From assembly GCF_009914755.1 (NCBI RefSeq), contig NC_060928.1: a DNA stretch of 64,000 nucleotides, one strand, 5' to 3'. Shown piece after piece: positions 36,461-52,695 of the stretch. The notes beneath the pieces are model-generated. The model was not told where the DNA came from and searched no databases. It saw only the letters and a program-made list of their open reading frames with translations. Every line of letters starts with the position of its first letter. Position 1 is the first letter of the stretch. The stretch is from the human T2T-CHM13v2.0 reference genome, Homo sapiens. A program made the position numbers and the translations under genes.

Positions 36461-37940
36461 ATTCTGTACATTCTGCATAGTGTCTGTAGAGATGTAGAAA
36501 CATTTCTTTTTAATTACGTGAATGATACATGAAATTTTCATTGAAAGATTCAAACAATATAGAAGTATACAGAGCAAAACAAATATAGATGCATTTCCAT
36601 TCTATCATATGCTTTGTTATTCTATTTCAGGTATTTCTAGCATGCATTATTACTAATGCACTGATTACCTCAGTTCTTTTGATGTAAGGGTCAGATTAAA
36701 ATGTAAGATAAGATTTCTGCCAAAACAGATTGCACATTTCTATTGGTGGATTTTGTATTGTTGTGTATCTTGTCCTCCATAAATTGATGTCATTATCTAC
36801 CATATTCAAAAGTTCCTGCTGATTATGCAGGTGCCCACACAAGGCTGTGGAGTCGGCAGTGTGACTCACAGTAGGTGCCTTCATAATTTGTTCCCTGCTT
36901 AGTCATTCTTGGGCAGGAGGTGTCACTGTTTGCAGCTCTGCCTCTTTTTCCCATGGACTACATGGCCATTTGGCTTAAAATAATTCACCTTTTATCTGAC
37001 TGCTATAAGATATCTTGATCCATCTGCCCAGGCATCTGCCAGCCTTTCCTGCTGAGGAGCTCATTTTGATTTTTCTGGAACTTACGTTCTTTCCTAATCC
37101 TAGGACTGGGGATAAAGAGAATGGGGTTCATTGACAAAGTCACCCACAAGGGGATCCTGACTGAACTGGAGCCTAATTCAGGCAACTGCCTGCCATACCA
37201 TCTTCCTGGCAAGATTTCCCCAGCACTGTGGGGAAGGGAGTGAGCCAACTTAGAGAACGCAGCCAGCTTAGAGACTGATCCCGTAAGGGTTCAAGAACAG
37301 CCAGTTGATCACTACTGACCTACTGGTTCATCCTAGTTCAGTGGCTTTTGGTCTCTTATAATTATTTCATTCTACTCTGAAGAAGGTTCTTTGGAACAAT
37401 TTTATAGCGCCTTTATAGAGGCACTATATGTTAATCAGTAAGATCTGGTCAACAAAACAAACCTTGTTAAGTCATTCCAAGAAGTCATGAAGATACTGAA
37501 AAGTGCTATTATCTCCAAAATAGGGTAGAAAAACAGAATAAGGGAGAATTTCCATACCCCATCCAGAGTCTCACAGTGTACAGATCTTTCAAGCGCCTCT
37601 CCAATCCAGTCTCTACCCTTCTTCACCTGCTCTGTGCCCTGGGAGGCTCATCTGTAGGGGCTATGTCATTGCTTCCAGATGGGCATAGTACAAGGGGACC
37701 ACTGGCAGGAGATCAGCAGGAAGAAAGACAGTAAAGTTGTAGCACTTATTTCCTTGGGTCCCTCTTTTTGGAGTCACAGGGAAAAGCTGGACCCATAAAC
37801 TAAAGATACAATGCCAGGTAGGTGGCTCTGTCTACACAGCCCTTTTTCCTTTAAAATTTCTCCAGCTGTTCCCTCTTCTCTCCCTTTCAGCCTTTGATGA
37901 ATAGCAGAGTCCTGCTGCTACCAGCACTGTGGTGTTGCGC

Positions 37941-38646
<706 letters not shown>

Positions 38647-39113
38647 TGTGCTCTTCCTAGTAATTTTTCCACATGCTGTCCATGCCTTTGTATATCATCC
38701 CTTTATTAACTACTTTTCTTAAATTGCCTTATTTCAATGTGACATCTTGTTTTGCTGGGACCCACATAAAGCAGATAGAGGACATCTCTGTAATTCTCCA
38801 AAATAGCACAATGCCTAGAAGCACACTAGCATTTTGGATTATATAAAGTAGGTAGCTCTGAAGGATGAGTGCAGCAATATTCTCTCTATATGATTTCCAG
38901 AAAGACATGTTAATGGGGCTTTCACATGCTCTAGATTTCCAACAACACCTGAAGGAACCTACGCCCTCATGGATACCAGCCCCATTCTCTTTATTGCCTC
39001 AACCAATCTCCTTGTACTTCTACCTCATTCATTTACACCAACTACCCAATTATCTTAGCTATGTATTCATCCTGAAACTTAGTCCAAAGATTTTAGTAAC
39101 TATCCATTAGTCA

Positions 39114-39512
<399 letters not shown>

Positions 39513-39951
39513 TTAGAATTTATTGGGGAAAGAGAAGGTTACACAGTTGTTTTGAAAAAAGCTTATTGGCACTGGGCGTGTCTTACAAGAGTTGGCTGAG
39601 CATAACTATGTACCGAGCAATGTGCTATTCTAATATTGGATATTATTTTAACAAGACTATAAGGTAAATTTTCCTTTGCATTAAAAATATACAAAGCAAA
39701 TTATTTGTATTGGTAGATACTGTATGCCTATATGTGTACTTAGATAAATTTATATTAATAAGCAAAATATAATATTAGGACCATTTTTAAACCATATTTT
39801 AAGAAGTGCATTTTTTGTCATTGAAAAATGTCAAAGAACAAAATAAGACATATTTCTATAACCTCACCTGGATTCATTAAGCAGTGACTTTTATGCCATA
39901 CCTGATATCTCTTCCCCTATTTCCTCCAATCCCCTCGCTCGCTCTCCATAT

Positions 39952-39964
39952 GCGCACACACACA

Positions 39965-39995
<31 letters not shown>

Positions 39996-40008
39996 GGACA
40001 TATACACA
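39952..40008. repeat. Interrupted (CA)n microsatellite
   Basis: Read directly from sequence. Confidence 0.95.
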
Positions 40009-40105
40009 GAAATTCCCTTTTCTCAACCATCCAAAAATTAGGCTGCAGACATCAGGACACTTCATTCGTAAGTACTTCAGCTCTCAAGAACAGGACATTC
40101 TTCTA

Positions 40106-40323
<218 letters not shown>

Positions 40324-40871
40324 TCATTACTTCAATAGCAACATCCAACACGCAGTCCATACCTAAATATCCTCGATTGTTCCATTATGTCCCTTATTGT
40401 TAGATTTATTTTTCAATCAAGGATCCAATCAAGGTTGATATATTGCACTTAGCTGCTGTATATGTTCAGGCTCCTCATATTTTGATTGGTGCAATTGCTT
40501 CCCCGGTTTATAATATTAAAGTATTTGAAGAGACCTGCAGAACACCCCATATTCAGAATTTTTTTCCTTGTGGTTAGGCTCAAGTTGAACATTTCTAGCA
40601 AGAACACCTTGTAGGTGATGCTATTTCCCTCCCACTGCAGAAGTTCAGGAGGCAGGACATCAGGCTATTCCACTAGCAGCAGCGTCAAGCTCAACCACTT
40701 GGATAATATGGCGAACTCTCTATTATAAAGATGTATTTCATCCTTTTGCAAGTAATAAGTTATCTGTGGGTTGATACCTTAAAACTGCAAGAGTATTCTG
40801 TTCCCCCAGAACTTTTAACCTAATGATTTAAGCATCTATCTGTCTATCTATCTATACATACATACATATAT

Positions 40872-41022
40872 TTTTTGAGACAGTGTTTCACTCTGTTGCC
40901 CAGGCTGGAGTGCAGTGGCACATCATAGCTCTCTGCAGCCTCAAACTCCTGGGCTCAAGTGATCTTCTCTTTTTGGCTTGCCAAAGCATTGGGATTACAG
41001 GCGTGAGTCACTGCACGCAGCC
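40872..41022 (-). mobile_element. Alu monomer (FLAM/FRAM-like)
   Basis: Single-arm Alu with simple-repeat tail. Confidence 0.75.
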
Positions 41023-41154
41023 CTAAGTATCTACTTTTAATGACTCAAATCAAGTTTTACATTGGAGGTTAAAAGATAATTTTCTCATTCTATCAGTCCT
41101 TCTACATTTATGAGTGGATGAAATAAATATGCTTTAATAAACACTGAATAACCA

Positions 41155-41302
41155 GCCAGGTGTGGTGACTCATGCCTGTAATCCCAGTACTTTGGGAGGC
41201 CAAGGCAGGAGGATCACTTGAGGCCAGGAATTTGAGACCAGCCTCTGGTCTCTCTCTCTCTCTCTCTCATCTCTATCTCTATCTCTCTCTATATATATAT
41301 AA
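41155..41302 (+). mobile_element. Alu left-arm fragment plus (CT)n/(TA)n
   Basis: Read directly from sequence; flanked by aataaacactgaat repeats. Confidence 0.75.
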
Positions 41303-41996
41303 CTAAATTTAAAAATAAACACTGAATGAAATGACAAAATTTCATCAACTAAGCAAAGTGATACAAATTTTATCACCAGGCCTTAGTACGTAATGAAATT
41401 CTGATCTCCAGCTGTTCAACTAGTCTCTCCAAGTTCAAAGGTAGATAATGGCATCCAAAAGTGCCTGGGATACCTCAGGATTTCAGTTCATTTCCAACTA
41501 CAACACACCCTGAGCCAATCACCTAAGCCAAGTACTTTCACACATCAGTTTGAGTGTTACCACCTCTAGGAAGCTGATTCTCATTAGCCCGAGGTAGAGA
41601 CAATTGCTCTTATATATGCCCAAGCCATCCACAAAGCTCCGTCAGGGCACCTCTGACACTTCATTGCATGTAATTACTGTTGAGTTTACTTCCCTCCTCT
41701 GGAGAAGCCAAGGGAGAATAAGAATCTTTGCTTACTGGTTTTCTCACCCATAGCATCTAGGACAATGTTTAATTGACATTGAATTCACAGGCATAATCTA
41801 TATCATCTAAAAAAAAACCCCTGAGAGTTAAGTGGGACATATATCATTTGTTTGTTTTATGCAGAGAAAAATTCAGAGAGGTTATTATTTCAGAGGTCTG
41901 ATTTTGTATCTACCCAAGAATAAATTCCAATGATGCTCATTCAGTAGTTTTAGGGATTTCCAGGAATAGGAAAACATCCCAAATGTTCTGTCATAA

Positions 41997-42345
<349 letters not shown>

Positions 42346-43082
42346 CATTTTTCTGATTATTAAAGCTATTATTTGGTAACAGAAACAGAGGCAAGGAAAG
42401 ACTACGTAACTTGCCTCCATCATACTCTTAGAACACAAAGGGGTCAGGATTTCCCTGGACAGTCCACAGCATGGGCTTGAACCCTTTCATAATAGAGCCT
42501 TCATCTTGTTTTGGTGCAGACCGAGTATCAGGCCTGAGAAAGAGGAACCGCTTAAAGAGGAATTGTTAGTCTTCTCATTTACAGGAGGAAATCCATCTCA
42601 AAGGGGGATCAGGTAACTTCCCAAGTAGTGGCTAGTAACTAGTAAAATTAGGGTTCTGAACCCAGATGACCTGACTCCACAGGCGGAGGTCTTCATGGTT
42701 GATCCACTGCCTCTTTAAATTCCCCTTTCTGAGTCCAAGAGCACCTTCTTTCTTACAATTAGACTTTACAGAGGACGGGAAATCAGCAGTTGTGCCAAGG
42801 CTAACACCAGCCACCATTTGTTGAGCACGGACTGTGTTCCAGGAAGTGTTCTGAGTATTTTAAGCATGTTACCACATTTCATCCCCACTTCCAGCCTGTA
42901 AAGTAGATGTTGCTCTAAGCATAAAACATTCTCACTTAATTCTCACAACCAACATCTTTATGAAAATCATGGAGGTTTTAACTCAGAAGTATAACTCAGT
43001 TATGAAAATGTTCACAGAATAACCAATGTAGTACAGAACAACTCACAACTGTAACATTCCGGATAAGAAAGAGAATTCTGGA

Positions 43083-43372
43083 TTTTTTTTTTTTTTGACA
43101 CAAGTCTTTCTCTGTTGCCCAAACTGGAATGCAGTGGCACGATCATGGTTCAGTGAGCCTTGACCTCCCTGGTCAAGCAATCCTCCCAACTCAGCCTTCC
43201 AAGTAGCTGGGACCACAGGTGCCATCCCCACGCCCAGCTAATTGTATTATTAGTAGAGATGGGGTTTCACCATGTTGCCCAGGCTAGTCTTAAACTCCTG
43301 GGCTCAAATGATCTCCTCGCCTCAGCCTCTGAAAGTGTTGGAATTACAGGTATGAGCCTCCATGCCTGGCCT
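43083..43372 (-). mobile_element. AluJ
   Basis: Diverged dimeric Alu. Confidence 0.85.
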
Positions 43373-43384
43373 GGGCATCTTTTT

Positions 43385-43770
43385 ACTATGAAAACAGCAA
43401 AAAGATCAGTGGTTGCCAGGGGTTCGGAGGAGAGAGGAAGGGACGAACAGGTGGAGCACAAGTGATTCATAGGGCAGTGAAATCATTCTGTATAATACTG
43501 CCAGAGTGGATGCATGTCATTATACATTTGTCAAAACCCAGAGAAGGTACAATGCAAAGAGTGAACCCTAATGTAAACTGTGGACTTTAGTTAATAATAA
43601 TATATTAATATTGGCTCATCAATTGTAACAGACATACCACACTGATGCAAGATGTTAATAATAGTGGAAAATGGGGGTGGGGATGTATATGGTAACTCTA
43701 TGTACTTTCCACTCATTTTTCTGTAAATCTAAAACTGCACCAAAAATTGCCTATTAATTAAAAATATGTA
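43385..43770 (+). mobile_element. Old L1M (L1MC-like) 3' end
   Basis: aaaagatcagtggttgccagggg...tcattatacatttgtcaaaaccca...gtgaaccctaatgtaaactgtggacttt. Confidence 0.75.
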
Positions 43771-43773
43771 TCT

Positions 43774-44077
<304 letters not shown>

Positions 44078-45137
44078 TCTGTGTCTATAGGTATAGATAT
44101 CTGCACAAGAATAGGGATGTGTGGCAAAGAAAGAACAGTATTTGCAAGGTGCTCAATGTATCATGTTGCAATGTTCTTAAAATTGGTTTGATTGGCTTCT
44201 CAGTTAGCTTCTCTTCAACTTGTTCCTAGTGAACCACACTGCTTCAACAGAGTTGACAACAGTAAAGACCACGTCCCATAGCAAAACTAAAGGGAGTTTC
44301 CTTTCAGTAAGGAAAAAGAGTTGCATTATTAACATGCATCCCTATGGTCTGAGGAAAGTGGCTTCTAGTATTTCTGAACTTAAACTAGGCAAAGTTTATG
44401 CAATAGGAAAACCCAGGTCATTTTGCCCTCAGAAAGACTGACATGAGAAAATATTACCATTGGCACTGAGAGTGACAACAAACAAACAAACAAACAATCA
44501 AACCAAGTGTTCTCATGGTTTTTAAACTAGGTGTATTTACTCTTTAACCAAAGCAAGTTCTAGCGGCAGAGATGGTACAAGGTACACCACAAGGGCAGTC
44601 ATAAAAATCCATATTGGCCTGGAGCCCAAGGCAGGAGTCATCAGGGACAGAATCATTGCCACAGGTCCTTAGTTCCCTCTGTGCTCCATGGAGTGTGGAG
44701 AAGAGTGTCTTCCAGGTCAGCTGGTTGGGGGTCGGGAGGAGGGGGGAAACATGCACACCTGGAAACTAGGGCGTCTTTATGGCGTGAGCTCATTTTACCT
44801 CTTTTCTTTTTAAAGTCTAGATGAGACATGAACATTATGAACTGGAAATTAGAAAGAGAGGAGAAGTCAAAGAAGGAGACTTTCAGTGTTAGTTGGGAAA
44901 AACTACACTCAACATGCACTCATACACACGCCAGTAAGATCTTGCCTAGGGCGTACTTCGAGAGCCTGGAAATTAGAGGGCACAAGCATGAGAAAGTGAA
45001 GGTGAAGGTCAGTGGCCCTAAACGAAGCACTAGAGAGAAATAGAAAGATCTTATTACCAAAGTTTTTAGGTTTCATTTTTTTCTTAGTGGGGTGGGGATG
45101 GGGGATTGTGATTTAAAAAAGAAAGTAACACAGGTGC

Positions 45138-45436
<299 letters not shown>

Positions 45437-45464
45437 TGCTCACCACTATTTCTAATGACAAGTC

Positions 45465-46300
45465 CATCGATAATATTAATGTGGTTCCCTTCCACATAAT
45501 GAATTTTTTTTTCTTGCTACTTTTAAGATTTCCTCCTTGTCTTTGGCTTTCAACGATTTGATTCTGACATCTCTAAGTGCAGATCTCTTTCTGTCTATCC
45601 CACTTGGAATTCTTTGACCTTCTTGGGTGTATAGATTAATAATTTCCATCATGTCTGGGAAATTTTGGGCTATTACTTCTTCCAATACAGTTGACCTTTG
45701 AACAATGCAGAGGTTAGGGGCACCAACCCCACACACAATAAAAAATCTGCATATGCTGACTCCTTAAAAACTACTGTTGACCAGAAGCCTTACCTATAAT
45801 ATAAACTGTCAGTTAATACATATTTTGTATTTTATGTGTATTATATACTGCATTCTTATAATAAGGTAAGCTAGAGAAAAGATAAAATTATAAGGAAGAG
45901 AAATATATTTGTTATTCATCAAGTAAAAGTGGATTATCATAAAGGTCTTCATCCACATCATCTTCACATTGAGTAGGCTGAAGAGGAAGAGAAAGAGAAG
46001 GGGAAGGGTTGGTCTTGCTGTCTCAGGGGTGGCTGAGGCAGAAGAGGTGAAGGTGGGAGAAGGGGAGGCAGGGGAGGCAGGTGAGGCAGGCACACTTCAT
46101 GTAAATTTATGGAAATACATTAGTAGTTTTTTGTTTGTTTGTTTTTGTTTTTTTAATAGCTGCTCTTCAAATTGCTGTGTGTCTGGTCAATTTCCAGTGT
46201 CTTGAAATGATTGTTTTGGAACATTTTTATCCAGTTTTATCATTGCATTTTGAGGCAAGTATGTGCTAAGTGTCCCTCTCAGCCATTTGGAAGTCCTGCT
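45465..46300. mobile_element. Old L1M ORF1-region fragment (-) interrupted by a Tigger2-family element (45688-46120)
   Basis: Minus translation LEEVIAQNFP...[13 protein letters not shown]; ta-cagttgacctttgaacaatgcagaggttagggg Tigger2 terminus. Confidence 0.75.
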
Positions 46301-49064
46301 TCCTGCAAGACCTTTTAAGACCCAACTTTTAAAGCCACACGTCACTTCTGCCTCATTCTATTAGTCAAAGCAAGTCACAAGGCCAGCCACATTAAGAGAA
46401 TGGGAAAATAGATGCTACTTCTTGATGGGAAAAGTGGCAAAAAGTTACAATGTTAAGTGGCAAGTATACAAAGACAGGGGAATTTGTGCAATCAGGTTGC
46501 CAGCAATTTATTACAATGTGAACAGATAGAACTAGAGATAGAACTATGGACACGAATATGATTATGGACACAGATGTGGATCTGTGTATAGATGTATAGA
46601 CAGAGGTATACATTTAGGTAATTATATATATAATTAGGTAATTAAAGCTTCCTTATCTCTATGACTGAGAAGCAAAAGACATGTTAAAGAAGAGACAGAA
46701 ATAAAAGAAGCTATTGAAAATAAAGCTGCTATTTTAGACCTAGCATACAAAGTCTTTGCAATGCCCAAATTAAAGTAAATTTAAGTAAAACATAATGTAG
46801 TATACATTTGAAAATTTGTTAAGAGAGTAGGTCTCATGTTAAGTGTTCTAACACAGTATTTTTTAAAAACTCCAACCTTTTAAATAAAATAGCCTGAGAG
46901 AAAAAAATATGTATGCTTATGAAGGGATACTGATCACTACAATTTCCTATTCTAACTCACTAGCACAGCTGGCTATAGCACAGTCCTAATGAGGCCCTTT
47001 CAAAGTCCTCTAGTCATAGATAGAGACCTACAGGTGTGGGTCCCATGCACACAGTACTTTGAGCTGCTGTGTGGCTAACATCCCTGCTGTGTTCTGGTTC
47101 CTCAAGTTTACGGCCCCTGAGCCAGTCAAGCCTCATGAAGGCAAAGGCTGCTGTGCTGCTGTACTCCACTGCTGGCCCTGTCTTGTAATGGCCCTCCATG
47201 CATACTGTGGCTGCTAGCCCAGATGCAGTCCCCAACAACCAGCAGGTGCAGTGTTACCAGGGCTGGCCAGATCTTCTGTTGGTGCTGCCTGATGTCAGGA
47301 GCCAGGTCTCTCTGTCTCTCTTACACCGACAGGCACAGGCAAAAGTCAAAATGGGCAAGCTGAGCTAAGAGACAGACACTGCTGTCTTCAGAAGTCTTCT
47401 TCCTCCCATGCTGAGTACTGGTCTAGACGATACTTGAGGGCCTACTTTCTTCCCTTAGGATGAATGTTTCTTTAAGAGGCAATTCAGTCTTGATATAAAC
47501 AGACTCTTAGAGGATCTGTACCACCTCTCCTCAATCTAGACATACTGAGACAAAGTTGAGAGTCTCTATTAAGTTCTATTAACTTTAAGCTGCGATCCCT
47601 ACAATAATATCTTCAGATGCAGTGTTTGGCACTGCTCAATAGATATGTCTGTGTAGACTGGGCCAAGACATTGGCACTGAATTTCCATGTAACTAACATT
47701 ATTATTCATATTGTACAAGTAGCAACAGATTGAAAAAGTATTTTTTCTGATGTCTTTTGTTCTGATAAATGTTTTCATACACAGGGGAAAGAATAACTTT
47801 CATGAAAAATATTAGACTGACTTTTTACCTTGATATGCTAAAAAATGTTTTTTGATAATAAAACTTGGATAATTCATTTTGGGAAACTACCTATTTAGTG
47901 TAATTTGCTGCATCTGTGTGATTTTCAATGTGTTATTTTGCCTGGAGATTAAGGCATAATCTCTTGGAACACTCTGTTTTAACATTAGAAAGGAAAGATG
48001 ACTAACATGCATAATTTTGTTTCTTGTTTTTGTTTTCTTTTCTTGGTCATAATTATATGAGTGAATAAGCTATTTCTTGGGGCAAAGTTAGCTTTTTATT
48101 TTTCCTGATGTTACATTCACTTTTTGGGCAAAGAAAATTTTACTTAGTACATTAAGGTTGAATCTTAATTAGTGGCCTAAAGGAGTAAACATACCTCCTA
48201 TCTTGATTTATTTCTTGCCCATTAAGTAATTTCTCTAATAGGTCTGGGATCTAGAGAAATTAGAATTTCTCTAATTCATGCAGAATTGAATATTTAGTTT
48301 TCCCTTAAATCTGAAATGCTATAATGCCTGATTTTTCAACATATGGAAATGCTAGCAATAAGTAAATGATATAATTACCTAGGAATTTTATTTTTTAGTT
48401 AAAATATTTTAAATATTACTCCAAATTCTGCAATGTTTTATGATTATAAAACTCATTTGATTTTTAAAGTATAATAATTCAAGAACACCCACTGAAAAGG
48501 TATTTCCTTTAAAAAAAAAACTCACAAAGAACTAGAACCTACTAGTTCCTAAACATGAGTATATTTACACATTCTAATGGTGGCTTTTAAAAGTTACTAT
48601 GCTTTTAGTTCTCATGCTCTTGGGATTATTCACATAGAAATCTATTATTTGACTACAGTGGAAACACTGAGAATGATATTTCTTCAAAAATAGATAAAAG
48701 GAAAGTATGGTTGGCATTTTCACTTTGGAAATACAGGACTATCTATATTTGGTACAGTTGTATGAATCATAATTAGGAAGTATGGAAATTTTTTTAAAAA
48801 GTTACAAAGTAGTTGGGAATATTTCTTTTGTAATGAGGGAGAAGAGACTGTAAATCAGGAAAGAGATTTACTTGGATATAACAAACTGTTGGAATTCTTC
48901 CTGAGATTTGCATGCATGGACAACTCTGTTTAAATTCATGCCATCTCCTCCTACCACTGCTCCCTCTTAGTCTCGTTTCTTTCAAGTACACTTTAGAGGA
49001 AAACATTTTTATAGAAGTAATGTACACAGCTTCACATATGGTTACAACTATCTTTGTGTAACAG

Positions 49065-49167
49065 GCTGTAAATCACAGCATTTAACTGTAAGCATGTCTG
49101 TGTGTCAGAATGATAAGGTTTTTGCAAAAGACAATCCAAATACAGTTTCATCATGTGAAATCTGGAA
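49065..49167 (+). pseudogene. Fossil CP-like exon, start of domain 2, open frame
   Basis: tttgtgtaacag| CKSQHLTVSMSVCQNDKVFAKDNPNTVSSCEIW(K) |gtaagt, resembling CPD domain 2 [29 protein letters not shown]. Confidence 0.65.
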
Positions 49168-50529
49168 GTAAGTAATTTTAATTCCACATCAAGTTAAGTT
49201 TTGTACAAACACCATTTATTTCTAACTACGGGCCCCTGGATTGTCACCACAGAAAATGTTTCACATTCTAATGGTGGTTTTTTATGAACAGAGAGGGCTA
49301 GATTTGAGACTTCTTAAGTGAGCTGGATTTAATGAGTTACATCAATGTGTGGAATAGCACTTGGCACAAAATAAATTCATATTTGAATTAGCTTTCACCA
49401 TGTAGAATAGTAGGAGTAGTAGATAAAAATCAATGGATAAGAGTAAGAGTAAGGGTAGAGTAAGAGTTACATATTCATCACAATAACTCCCTCCACAGCA
49501 CAGCAAAATGCCAAGAGATGAAGTTTAGTAGAATCCAAAGGAGAAGGTTAAATTGGGAAGAATTTCCAAAAATCTTTATCTTGTAACTATTTGATTTATC
49601 TTGTTACTTACTTCTAGAAGCAGTTTAGCAGACAAAGAGATAAGAAACACACCTACAACTTCCCCTGTGTAACTGGAGTGTCTAAGCTTCAATTTGGCAC
49701 ACAATAGCTGTCCCCTGGGAACAATCCAAAGTATGACACTCATGCTTATATGAACAGGAAGATCAGATTATCTTCCTTTCTAGGTTTTCTTTGCTTTAGT
49801 ATGCCCCAGAGTCCCACAGAATGCTTATTTGTTACACAGACCAGCCATGTTTTCTTTTGGCTTGGAAAACTGAGTTTTGGCTGGAACTCAGATTGCCCCC
49901 CTTTAAGAATGATGAACTCTACAAATGCTCTGAGAAGTTGGGGTCCAGAACATGTTTCACTGCTTCTACCTGTTATTGCAGTAGAAACCTAGGTACTGTG
50001 AGGAAATTCTCCATTCATCACAGCTGGCATACATCATGAATTAAAATTCTACCCACTCTCTCTCAACTCACCCCATGCAAAAGAGAATACCTGGTAGATT
50101 TATTTTTTTAAAATGGCATGTTCTTCTGTTCTGGAACTTTGTATAGTTTAGCTGCTTACTTATGGATGTGGGATGGAATACAAAAGGGAACCCAGTCTGG
50201 GATAGGACAGGAGAGGGATAAAGTCAACAATTACACCCCAAAGATGCTATGCTGACATTTGCCAGATTTAGTGCACTATCCACATATCAAGTGGATACAA
50301 AACACCCCAGCACATGCCTACATGAAACCTGAGTGATTCTCCAGAGTTATGGGGACCATTAGAGGAAGACAGAGAACTTACTCTCCTTTCTATGCATGAG
50401 AATGGACGGATCTAAGAAAACTCCTACTCCCTGTCTGAGTTTTTACAGAACATCTCCAAAGCAGAGATCATATTTTTAAAGAACCTACATTAGCTCACAT
50501 GGAAATAAATTCATCTTTTAATTTTTAAA

Positions 50530-50675
50530 AATAATTTATTTTTCTTTATTTTAAAAGAAAATAGAGATAGGATCTCACCATGTTGTCCAGGCTGGTCTTG
50601 AACTCTTGGGCTCAAGAGATCCTCCCAGCCTCCCAAAGTGCTGGGATTACAGGCATGAGCCACTGTGCCCCACCC
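50530..50675 (-). mobile_element. Alu left monomer (FLAM-like)
   Basis: Read directly from sequence. Confidence 0.75.
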
Positions 50676-52168
50676 ATCATTTAATTTTTAAAATAACTTT
50701 GCGAAAATGACAGCTTAAGATGCTGCAAGGAATATAGAAGAGTCTAAAATGGAAGTGCCTGTGATCTAACAGGGAAAATAAGTCACACATTTATCAAAAG
50801 TATCATAACAGAAGAGGTGAGGTAAATAATGTAAAGTGCCAATTGGAGAAATGTCATAGGGTAATCAAATAAATAGTAGAGAAAATTCATAATATTTTTA
50901 AGTTCAGAGGAATCAGAGGAATGTGATTCCTCTGTGAAAGCCACTAGGGTGGGATGGCTTAAAGAAAGACCCCATGGCCTCACGGAACTTGCGAACTTGC
51001 GCTGTACTTGATGGGATTTCAATGAGCAATTCTAAATTTTTTCACCCACAAGATTTGTTGTGACTTATTTCCATATAACTTTTGTTTCATAGCATCACCT
51101 TTAGAGAAAAAGGAAAGTTTCAAGAAAGGTAAATTGGCAATGAATATAAAATTTAGCATTCCCCACAGTAGAAACTCTAAAATATTACATCTTAGAGACA
51201 GTGGACTCCCAACTGCTCCTGGGCTCTCAGCTAGGATAGTGCTACAAAACTGCTTTTAAACTCTTACCTCACAAAGGTGTGGAGGGAGACACATTGTTCA
51301 TAAGAAGGGCACCATGAGCACCAGTTCATTGAGTCCATAACAGTGTGAGAAATTGCCCATCATTCTGATCGTTACCTGATTCAGTGAACATGACTAATGG
51401 ACAACAGTCAAGACCTCTGCAATACTGCTGTGTATGTCCATGCAAGATTGGTAGCATCATTTTTCTACTGCCCATAGAAGTATCTTATAGTCAGACGCTA
51501 AGAAAACTGCTGAATGTGGAAGTGCTTGCCGATGAAGCAGAGACAGTATGCTGTTGACCTCCCCAAAGGCACAGAAGAGCAATAATGTTCTGCATATAGC
51601 AGAGAAATGTTAAAAAGAGGTAGTGAAAGGGAACACTCAGAATTGGACGAATGAAGATAATTAAACCCATGAGGAGGCTATGTGCCCTCCTTCAGAGCAA
51701 AGGTAAATCAAGGCAAGTTAGACAAAGGTGCCATACCCTCGGAGAGATAAGAGTATGGATAAATAGTCACTATAATTAGAACTTAATAGATGAGCCCTCC
51801 ATTGCATGGCTTATAAGTGAAGGTAAAACATGCCCAAGGATTATGAGATTATTTTCCTAGCTTGACTTGATTGTGTCACTCAAAATATAAAGCATGAATT
51901 TCAAAATATCTCACATAAAGTTTGATATTTTATTGTATTAAAAAAAGTACATTTGCCATTATAATTACTTTTCAAAGGGTGAAATTTCAGAAAGTCTTCT
52001 TTAGTTTATTGTCCACTTCCTATTGCATCTGACTTGTAATGTTGCATTGAACTTTTCTCTCATGCTGTGAATTTACCATGTAAATTTTCAAGCACTATGA
52101 TTGCTTGAAGAGAGGATGTCATGCAATTGTTATTGCAGAAAAATATATCTGAAAATTATACTTTTCAG

Positions 52169-52240
52169 ATATAATGTCAAATCTTTGTTTTTATTATTCC
52201 AGTACTTATCAGAAATTTTAAAAGTATTTCAACCTGAAGA
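52169..52240 (+). pseudogene. Fossil CP-like exon, domain 2, open frame, phase 2/2
   Basis: atacttttcag| YNVKSLFLLFQYLSEILKVFQPE(E) |gtatgt. Confidence 0.6.
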
Positions 52241-52305
52241 GTATGTATTGATAATTATATCCAGAAATTTTATCCTAATTTATTTTCCTTTTAAAAATAA
52301 GTACC

Positions 52306-52577
52306 AGCCGGCTGCAGTGGCTCACGCCTGCAATCCCAGCCAAGGCGGGTGGATCATGAGGTCAGGAATTTGAGACCATTCTGGCCAACATGGTGAAACC
52401 CCATCTCTATTAAAGATACAAAAATTAGCCAGGCCTGGTGGTGCATGCCTGTAATCCCAGCTACTTGGGAGGCTGAGGCAGGAGAATTGCTTGAACCCGG
52501 GAGTGAGCCGAGATCGTGCCATTGCACTCCAGCCTGGGTGATAGAGCAAGACTCCATCTCAAAAAAAAAAAAAAAAG
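52306..52577 (+). mobile_element. AluS with two small internal deletions
   Basis: TSD aagtacca. Confidence 0.85.
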
Positions 52578-52658
52578 TACCAATACTTAAATAAAATAAC
52601 ACTACTGCACTATTCACATCAGTAGTGGAATTATGTATATTGTGTTGTGAATACCAAG

Positions 52659-52695
52659 ATGGATTCACATCCCAGGGCATGTTCGCCAAGCAGAG
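52659..52695 (+). pseudogene. Fossil CP-like mini-exon, domain 2
   Basis: ccaag| [12 protein letters not shown] |gtaacc. Phase 2/0 compatible; weak acceptor. Confidence 0.45.

Noticed and set aside
48568-49277. 16-bp direct repeat cacattctaatggtgg (48568-48583, 49262-49277) as a TSD
   Set aside because: No polyA or recognisable retro-insert between them; the interval holds a candidate fossil exon.
51375-51500. Possible minus-strand exon (ttcttag...cag|gtaacg)
   Set aside because: Stops in all full-length frames, no partner exons and no recognisable homology.
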